DNA of 64,000 nucleotides, taken from contig JANHCV010000005.1 of NCBI GenBank assembly GCA_025594325.1, positions 1,488,001-1,552,000 on the forward strand. Reading direction: 5' to 3'. Below are positions 55,696 through 64,000 of the stretch, one piece after another. The DNA comes from Blastocladiella emersonii ATCC 22665. Its lineage: Eukaryota > Fungi > Blastocladiomycota. Position 1 is the stretch's first letter. Every line of letters begins with the position of its first letter. Made by a program: the position numbers and the translations under genes. The notes beneath the pieces were generated by a model. The model was not told the DNA's origin and searched no databases. It saw only the letters and a list, made by a program, of their open reading frames with translations.

Positions 55696-56921
55696 TCGTG
55701 CAGTTTATGAGATCGAGCGTGACAAGGGTGAGCGGAAGAGATCTAAACCAAGTCAGATCCTATACGGTCTCAAAGGCAATGTTTCCAATCTTGAGCTCGA
55801 CGAGAGAGCGCGGGAATGAACTGGCAGGAGGGCTCGTGAACGGAACTCGAGTCTCAACGCTCACGCGCAAAATTTGAAGCGACTTTGACAGCGAGGACAT
55901 CACTTCGTAGAGCGCGTTGGTTTGGCAGTCCACCTTGAGCGACAGCTCTACCAGGAAGCGCGGGATAAGCCGTGCAAATGCGGCCGCACCCGCTTCCACA
56001 AGTGCGCCCATGTCCACGACCAGCGACCCCAGCGTGGAGGGTAGGCGTGAGAAGAGACTTGACACGACTGCACCTGAAAGCTTGCCGCATTCGAGTGCGA
56101 GCAGCGAAAGCAAGCGTGGCCAGGAAACCGCACCGCTGACCGTGCGAACCGACCCGAGCCAAGGTCTGCAGAGCGTCACCGTCGTGACCGACTCTGGCAG
56201 CTTGAGGGCGATCAAACGAGGAAGATCAAGTGTGCAGTGGGAGAACCTGACCGACTCGAGCTGCTGCGCAGAACTCGCCATGGCTTCGTTGAGTGCATCA
56301 ATGTCAGCAGATGAAATTGACTCGTAGGCCAAGTTGAGATTTGACTTGCTCCCATCAGCGATTCCGGGACAGACCGAGCAGTTGCTCGCGTCAAAAGGAG
56401 GCAGGTCGTCAAAGTACTCTTACAATACCAACCGGGCGGAGTGAGATTGACGCGGAAACAACTGGTCCAAGAGGAAATGACAACCGTACCCGGCCAACCT
56501 TCCGTACACGGTTCCTCGCAGCCACCCCAAGTGCAACGCCAGCTCCCGGGTGGGGCCCAATTGCCAGGAAAGCGAGCTTGCTCCCCGGCACACTCCCAAA
56601 GTCGCGCCACCACTCGAGCGTCGTGAGCTCCTCGCGCGCTATTGCGGCTTTGAGGGACCCGAGAGTGCATGTCAGCGGGCGACCAAGTTCGGCCCACTTC
56701 TCAAGGACCGAGACTCGGCCGTGTGACGTCGCCGAGTCGAGAGAAAGCGTTGGCGAACGAAGCAATATGGTCCGCTGGACGCGCGGGATGAGGTGCCGGC
56801 GCATCACACGCGAGTACTGCAGCAGCCCGGCGATGTTGTTCGGGTCGTTGTGGAGCCGCACGGCTTCGACGAGAATCGCCGCGACGAGCTCGGGCATGTG
56901 GAGGAATAACTGCAAGGTCAT
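55690..56921 (-). pseudogene. Ank-LRR family paralogue P8 (nonsense codon at 55760, 3' truncated)
   Basis: MTLQLFLHMPELVAAILVEAV, SLDSATSHG and LEWWRDFG. The LRR exon is collinear with P7 and continues past TAG (DLTWFRSLPLTLVTLDLINC) before breaking at about 55690. Confidence 0.8.
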
Positions 56922-57068
56922 GGTTGCATGGAGTTGACGTGGTCGCCGTCGAAGGCTGCGAGTGATACATGAGCACGGGGAGAGCAGAGACCAACGCCAT
57001 CCAGCAGCTGACATGCGAGACCGCGACGTTCGATCATCTCCGACCACGACGACGACGACGCACCTGCA

Positions 57069-58532
57069 ATGCAACCCATGGAAGGCGGACCGAGTGCACC
57101 GCGGCCCGCGCCGTCGACGCAGCTCGGCCAGCTGCAGCGCCGCGGGCACCTCGCCGTCGGGGCGTACCGCGTCGCCGTGGACGCGCTGTTCGCCGACATC
57201 CGGCGGCTACACACCGCGTACCTCGCCCTGCCACCGCGGGACTTTGGCTACGCCGAGTTCGCTCGCGTGTGGTCCGCGGGCGACTTTTCGCTCCTACACA
57301 TGGCGACGCCCGTCCCGTTCGGCCGCGCGGCGTGGTTCCGCGCTTTGACGGCGGTGGTGCTGGACTACACGGTCCCACCGCTCGGGTTCGCAACCGCCCC
57401 GCCCGCGCCGGGGACGCCTGCGCCCGTGCTGACGGCGGCACGGCGCGCGCAGCTCGTGAACGGGCAGTTCGCCGTGTACGCGCTGTTCACGCTGTGGGCG
57501 ACGCAGCCCGCGCACCTCGGCGCGCCCGTCGCGGTGCCGGTGACGATGGCGCACCTGCACGCCATGACGTCGTGCGCGCGCGCGCTCGCGGATCATTCGC
57601 GCGAGACTGCGGCGCGTGTCGCTGCACAGGCGCAGATCGGGATCTACGCGCCCGCGACGGGGGCGGCTGATGCACCGACCCCGCCGCCCCCACCGCCGCC
57701 TCCGCCCGCAGGCGTCAGTCCGATCGGGACGGGTGCCGTCGACGCGGCGTGGGTCCTGAACCAGTGTCTCGAGCGCGGCGTGTTCGAGTTTGTCCCGTGG
57801 CTCGGCGGCACCCCACCCGCTTCCCCCTCCACACCCAACGCGTGGCAGCTGACGATGCCCGCCGACGCGATGCACACGCGCGCGGTGCGCGGCGAGCAGG
57901 GCGACGGGTGGACGCGGCTGCTGGTCCCCGTCGCTGCCGCCGCCGCGCCGGCAGACAAGTGGAAGCCGCGGCGAGCCCCGTCCGGGATCCAGCCGGGCGC
58001 CGCGCGCACCGAGCTGCAGGCGCTACGGCTCACGCCGGCCGTTGGCGCGGGGTACCTCGAGCAGGCCGAGGCGCGCGCGTTCGCGTACGCGGGGCTGCGC
58101 GATCCGGCGGCGACTGTCACCCAAGAAGAAGTGGAGGTGGACCCGCTCGAGCTGCCCGCCGACCTGCAGCCCGACCCGTGGTCCCACGCGCGCGAGCCCA
58201 ACGACGACGGTGACGAAGAAGACCCCACAGTCCCGCGAGACCCGTGGCGCGCGGCACAGGCGATCGAGGCGGCGGTGCACGAGTACCACGTCAGCCGGGC
58301 GGCGCGGCTCGAGCACGCCGAGGGGGTCCTGGCGACGCTGACGCCGGCGACTGCGCGGGCCGTCGCGGCGGCGGGCGCGGGCGCGGGCGCGGGCGGGATC
58401 GCGGCGGCACCCGTGCCCGAGGACTGGCGCGCGCCGGCGATCGGGTCGATTATGCGGGCGCGGCCGGTGACGGGCCCGCGGTCGGGGAAGCCGGGGCGGC
58501 CGGTTGCGCATTCGGTGCGTGGGAACGAGTGA
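57069..58532 (+). CDS. SNAPC1: snRNA-activating protein complex subunit 1 (SNAP43 domain)
   Basis: DIRRLHTAY..RDFGYAEFARVWSAGDFSLLH and AVYALFTLWATQP resemble the SNAP43 pattern (D..LL..F..F..F...W...F; YLLY.LY.TQ). Single exon, GC3-rich. Confidence 0.7.
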   Translation: MQPMEGGPSAPRPAPSTQLGQLQRRGHLAVGAYRVAVDALFADIRRLHTAYLALPPRDFGYAEFARVWSAGDFSLLHMATPVPFGRAAWFRALTAVVLDYTVPPLGFATAPPAPGTPAPVLTAARRAQLVNGQFAVYALFTLWATQPAHLGAPVAVPVTMAHLHAMTSCARALADHSRETAARVAAQAQIGIYAPATGAADAPTPPPPPPPPPAGVSPIGTGAVDAAWVLNQCLERGVFEFVPWLGGTPPASPSTPNAWQLTMPADAMHTRAVRGEQGDGWTRLLVPVAAAAAPADKWKPRRAPSGIQPGAARTELQALRLTPAVGAGYLEQAEARAFAYAGLRDPAATVTQEEVEVDPLELPADLQPDPWSHAREPNDDGDEEDPTVPRDPWRAAQAIEAAVHEYHVSRAARLEHAEGVLATLTPATARAVAAAGAGAGAGGIAAAPVPEDWRAPAIGSIMRARPVTGPRSGKPGRPVAHSVRGNE

Positions 58533-58588
58533 GATACAATACATGTCCACGCTTGTATTTATTACTATGTGTGTGAAGCTACCTACGA

Positions 58589-60831
58589 CTAGATGCGCAG
58601 CGTGTGCAGGCCGACGCTGTAGTCGTGCGCGAGCGTGGCGAGCCGGTGGGCGGCGTTGGGCGCGAACGCGAGCGTCTCGACCTTGCAGTTAGCCCGGACG
58701 CCGGCGTGGACCTGGGTCGGGTGGAGCCACGGCTCCGTGGTCGGGTTGTACCGCGCGCGGACGTAGCGGAGGTCCCACACCATGACGCCGCCGGCGGGCG
58801 CGGGGTTCCCCGGCGCGGGCTTCATGTCGTTGGTGCCCGACACGAAATACCGTCCCTGGTACGGGTCGACGGCGGCGACGTGGTACTGCGAGAGGTTCGT
58901 CGTGGACGCGAACCCCCAGACGGCCTGGACGGTGCGGGTGAGGTCGGCGTCGGGCGCGGCGCGCAGGGTGCGGGTGTCGATGACGCCGAACTGCGAGTCG
59001 TTGGCGGCGAGCGAGATGTAGACGAGGTGCGGGTCGGCGGGCGACGTGATGACCTGGTTCATGCGCCGGCCCTTGGTGTGCGTCGACCACACGGTCACGT
59101 TCTTCTCGAGGTCCGTCCACGCGAGCCGCCCGTCGAACCCGCCCGTGAACAGCGCGTTGCCGACGAGCGCCATGCTGTTGATGCGCGCCGTGTGCACCGA
59201 CGGCACGTCGAACTGCCGGTAGTGCTCGGGCGCACGCAGCACGCTCGGGTACGCGCTGCCGCCACCGTCCTCGAGCTGCCACAGGTGGATCTTCCACTCG
59301 TTGCTGCGGCCCGCCGTCAGGAACACGCGCGGGTCGAGCGGGTCAGCGACGATCGCCGACAGCTCCTTGGTGTACGGGATGAGATCGAACGCGTGGTCGG
59401 TCGTCGTGACGCCACTTCCCCCACCCACGACATCGACCGTGAGCATACTCAGCAGCGCCGCGTCCTTGCTACTCCCGTCGCCCGGCTTGTGCGCGACGAC
59501 GAGGTGCGAGTCGCCGACGAACGCCATGGCCTCGGACCGCAGCGTCGTGTCGCCCTGGAACCCGGCGTGGTGCAGCACGCGCCGGTTGCGCGTGTCAATG
59601 AACCGCGCCCCGCCGTCCATGTGCGCCGTGACGACGAGGTCCGACGCCGCGGCCGACGGGTGCCACACGATCCCGCGCGGCTTGCGCGGCGCCACCTTGT
59701 CCATGACCACCGACGACTCGAAGTCGAGCAGCGACGCCGTCGTCACGGGGCTCGGCGACCGGGTATCCACGCGGGCGGGCGGCGCGGGACGGGCCGGGCG
59801 TGCGAGCGCGGGTGCGACCGCGGCGACTGCTGGCTCCGGGACGCGTGCAGGCTCTGCGACTCGCGCGGGCGGAGCCGCCTGCGTCGCCGCCGCGGCGCGC
59901 ATCTGGTTGAGCGCGGTCCGAATCGGCTGCTCTTCGTCCTCCTCGTCACCACCACCCGCGATCGCGTCCGCGACCGCCGCAACCGCCTCGCGGCGCTCCG
60001 CATCCAGCGCGGCCTTCTGCGCCATGAGCGCGGCGATCTGCTCGTCGAGCTCGGCCGCGCGCGCGTCGAGGGACTGGAGCCGCGCGACGGCTTCCTCGAC
60101 GGAGCCGAGCGCGGCGAGGGCGCGGCGCGGGACTGCGTCGTCAATGACGGCGATGGCGGGCGGTGCGGCGGCGGCGGTGGGTCGGGGTGGCGAAAGCGGG
60201 GTCGCGGCGGGCGCGGGCGCGGGGGTGGGCGCTGGGTAGTCGACCTCCTTGAGCCCGAACGGCGGGCGGGTAGCTGCGCGCGGCTCGGGGGCGGGCGCGG
60301 CGGGCGCGGGCGCAGGGGCGGCGGGTGCGGGCGCCGCGGCGCCTGGCGCAAAAGTCGGCGAAACCGGCGCCGCCGTCCCCTGAGACCGCGGGATGGTCGG
60401 AGGCCGAACGCGCGGCGCGGGAGCAGGCGGGGCCGGCGCCGGCGCGGGGTCGCTGTTACGCGCCCGCTTCGCGCCGGTCGCTGCGGGCTCGGCGTCGCTC
60501 GGCCGTTTCTCGGGGCGGCGGCGCGGGTCAGCCGGCAGCGGCTTCATGGGCAGCGGCGGGGGCAGGTCGCCGGACCGTTTGCCGTCGGGCGTCGCGGCGG
60601 TACTCGAGTCGGATTCCGAGTCCGACGACGACGAGGACGAGGAGGAGGAAGATGACGAGGAGCAAGTCGACGAGGTAGGCACGACCGCGACGACGCGCGT
60701 CCGCGGCGGTTTGGGCAAGGGTGGGAGCGGCGGCGACGGCGTCGGGTCGCGGGCGGCGGGCTCGGGCTTCTTGGCCGGCTGCTTGCCGTGGTCGCGGGCG
60801 GGCTGCTGCTCGCGCGCCGAGTCCTTTTTCG

Positions 60832-60862
<31 letters not shown>

Positions 60863-61906
60863 GTTGGTCTGCGGTTGCGGCTGCTGCGGCGGCGGGTTCG
60901 CGGACCGGTTGCTGCTGTTGCTGTCGCGCGGCGGGTTGGCGTTACTCGACGACCCGCGGCCGTTCGCGGTGTTGTTGCTCCCGTTACCGCGGCCTCCATT
61001 GTTGCCGTTACCACGTCCACCAGCCGAATCAGGCCGCGCGACACCCGGCGGCGTCGCCGGCCGACTCGGCCCCCGCTGCGCCGGCGGCTGCGGCGCGCGG
61101 TAATGCGGATCGTGCCCGGCGCCGTGGTGGTGGTGGTACTCGTCGTCGTCCTCCTCGTCACCGTCGAGGTTGAAGAAGGGCTTCCGCGCCGGCTGCGGCG
61201 CCGGCTGCTGCTGCTGTTTCGGCTGCTGCTGCTGCCTAGACCCACTGCGCGCGCCGCGCCCACCATCGTTAGCGGCGGAGTTCGGGCGGCGAGTGTCGCG
61301 CGAGTATCCCCACATGTACTCGTTGGGTTTCGGCGGGCCACCCGTGCCGCCGGTGCTGCGGAACCGGGCGTCGGCCGGGTCGACGGCGAGCGGGCGCGGC
61401 GCGGCGAGGCCGCCGTGGTAGTGGTAGTGGTTGTCTCGCGACTGCGGCTGCACGTGCGCGGGCGGATCGTCGCGGTGGTGGTGGTGGTGGTGAGGGCGGT
61501 CGCGGGACTGGTCGCGGTGGTGGTTGCGGCGGTCGTCGTTGTTGTAGTAGCGGTCGTCGTAGCCGTAGCCGTCGTCGGCGTGGTACCCGTCGTCGTGGCC
61601 GTAGCCGTAGCCGTATCCGTCGTCGTAGCCCTCGCCGCCGTAGCCGTATCCGTCGTCGGCGTGGTGCTGTCCCTGGCCCTTGCCCTTGCGGGTGTGGCTG
61701 TTGCCGCGGCGGCTGCTGCTGCTGTTCCCACCACCACCACTGCTGCCGCCGCCTCGACGGCTACTACTGCCGTTGTTGTTGTTGTTGTTCTGCTGGCCAC
61801 GGTTCCCGCTACCGCTGCCGGGCCGTCCGCCGCGCCCGTTCCCTCCGCCCCCATTCCCGCCCCCGCCGCCGCGGTGCTGGTGGTTCTGGCGGTCATGCGG
61901 ATTCAT
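58589..61906 (-). CDS. WD40-repeat protein with long disordered N-terminus and coiled coil
   Basis: 1105-aa ORF. C-terminal WD blades (LVVTAHMDG, FLTAGRSNEWKIHLWQ, LFTGGFDGRL, VMVWDLRY) are preceded by a heptad-rich segment (LQSLDARAAELDEQIAAL). Confidence 0.88.
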
Positions 61907-62166
61907 TGCAGAGAGTGTGTATCGAGTGCGGGCAGTCGCCGGCTGCTCGCGGGTGCGGTTCGGGGACGATGCGGGCGGCCAGCTGTGATCGGCGGAAGGG
62001 GCAGCGAAAGTTTGTCTCCGGCTCCACGTGAGGTGAGCGAGACAGCAAACGGCTGACTCCCTCGCGCGCGGCGCGACGCGACGCGACGCGACGAAGAAAG
62101 GGGAAGGAGAGAGGGCGACGGTCTAGTTATTTGATTGAGCGGACGAGGACAGGTGCAGGATAGGGA

Positions 62167-64000
62167 TCATGGGTGGTGGTGGAAGCCGTTGGTTGATGCT
62201 GTTGGCGCGCCGGCTGGTCCGTGGACCGCATCAAGCAGATCTACACGGCGACTTCGGTCAGCACACGCCCACCGCGCTCGCTCAATCCCAGTCCCACCGA
62301 ACCGAACGTACCGCGTGACTGGTAGAAGAGAATGTACGCGGACGACGACGCGGACGGCGGCCCCGCGGCCTCGGGGTCTCCGAAATACTTGGCGATGTGG
62401 GCCTCGGTGACGAGCTCGACCGTGTCGTCGTCGAACAGGAGCCACTTGTCGGCGGACCGGATCAGCGCCACGTAGTGGCCGTGGTTCGGGGTCCCGCCAA
62501 TGTGCACGACGATCGCGAACAGGTCGTACTGGCGGTCGGTGCCCTCCACGTCCTACAGCCCGAAGTGAGCGAGGGCGAGGGCGGGGAAGGTTCTCCCAAA
62601 AAAAAAAAGCGTACCGAGTTGAAGAGGCGCAGCTCGGTCGGGAACACGACGCGGTGCATGAGCTTGACGTGCTTCTGCTGCTGCTCCATGAACTTGAACC
62701 GCTTGAGGTGCAGCGCCATGACGAGCGGGAGCTTCTTGATCTTCATCCTACGGCCATGCTTCGCGTTAGTGTCATTCTCCAATCGAGCCAAGCGCACACG
62801 TACGATCGCTCGGCCTCCTGCAGCCCCGAGCACGTGTCGCAGTAGAACTTGTCCTTGTGGCACATCATCTCGCTCTGCGAAAAGTTCCACAGGCACGACG
62901 CGATCGACGAGTTGGCCTCGACGTCAATCGACAGGTCGAGGAAGCACTCGCGCGTCTGCGTGGTCGCCTCGCACGTCAGGCACCGCGTCTCGGTCGCGAG
63001 CTCGCCCTCGAACAGCTCGTGGATCCACGTTTTCTGGGTTGCGCCGGTGGCAGCGCTGCTGGTGGACCCCGTGTGATGGCTGCTGGCGTCGCTCGTGGTG
63101 CCGTTGGCGGCGGGCGCGGTCGCCTTTTTCTCGGCGACGAGGATCTCGGCGAGCGCGTTGAGCAGGTAGTTGAGGAACTCGTGCGCGTCCTGCTGCTGCG
63201 TGGACCGGAAGACGACTACACACAAACACGCGCGCGCGCATCTCGTGTCAGCAGGACCCACGGTGAAAGAGAAGACCCGCAACCGTACTGTTCTCCTTCT
63301 TGACCTTGTTCACAAACCCCTTGGGCCCAATCACGCCCGTCCGCTTCTTCTGGGCTGCGACGCCGCGGAACAGCTCCTTGAGGTGGCCGAGCAGCGTGTC
63401 GTCGAGCGCCGTGGTGATGTTGACGGTGCCCGAGCTGAGCATGCTGCGCGGCAGGCTCGGCGTGGACTTTTCTTTCGTCTGCGCCGCCGCGGGGGTGGCG
63501 GTGCTCGAGCCGAGTTTCGCGCTCGCGGTGCGCTTGCGCAGGAGGTTCGGGCTGCTCAGCGGCGACCCGTTGCGCGACGGCGGGCCGCTCGTTGCCGCGT
63601 CTTCCTCCGCTAGGGCGGGGGTGGAGGCAGCAGCGGGCGCGTGCCGCACATGGTGGCTGTCGACGTCAGCAAACGCGGCGGCGGGCAGGTCGGCGAGCGT
63701 CTTGAGCGCCGGGTGGTGCAGCACCGCGTCCCGGAAGGGGCGGCAGAAGTAGAGCGCCTGGATGACCGAGTTGCAGTAGCTACGCGACACGATGGCGGCG
63801 GCGGGTCAGGGTACCTGCACTCTGCGCCATCATCAATCGCGGGTGCCGTACCATGTGTTTCCAAACTAGGCGATGCGACGTGGCGCGTCAGTCCATGCGA
63901 TCGCGGCCATCTAGCGACCACCGCGGAAGCGTACGTTCTCGAGGCCAAAGTACCGCTCGGTGCCCTCGATCTCGCCGGGCGACGTCGGCGGGCCCGCGGC
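62167..64000 (-). CDS. creB: Ubiquitin-specific protease of the USP12/USP46 (CreB/Ubp9/13) type, 5' end outside the window
   Basis: YFGLEN|FGNT C|YCNSVIQAL Cys box, [28 protein letters not shown], His box [22 protein letters not shown] and SAYILFY. Confidence 0.92.

Noticed and set aside
1-64000. tRNA or rRNA genes
   Set aside because: No cloverleaf with A/B boxes and no rRNA-like conserved sequence was recognised by eye. tRNAscan-SE or barrnap would confirm.

Overview
GC-rich, intron-containing eukaryotic DNA. Short introns use GTACGT/GTGCGT donors and GCTAAC/GCTGAC-type branch sites. The gene set (YME2, chitin deacetylase, LIM-RhoGAP, plus the ciliary gene CATIP and SNAPC1) points to a flagellated early-diverging fungus, probably Blastocladiomycota/Allomyces-like (inference). 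Blocks of ordinary genes alternate with a dynamic accessory region. Ordinary genes: ricin-B lectin, chitin deacetylase, membrane protein, LIM-RhoGAP, YME2, PLP aminotransferase, CATIP, carotenoid oxygenase, SNAPC1, WD40 and USP12/46. The accessory region holds eight paralogues of an uncharacterised family (F-box-like start + two degenerate ankyrin-like repeats + variable LRR solenoid), of which four look intact and four are broken. It also holds a complete 5.3-kb DIRS1-type tyrosine-recombinase retrotransposon inserted in one paralogue, a MITE in another, and a Rep-less Helitron derivative carrying a putative OB-fold gene and a PIF1 helicase. A Plavaka DNA transposase lies at the left edge. 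Several independent signs of CpG->TpG decay suggest CG methylation of repeats. No rRNA, tRNA or CRISPR array was seen. All family assignments are motif recognition by eye, not database searches.
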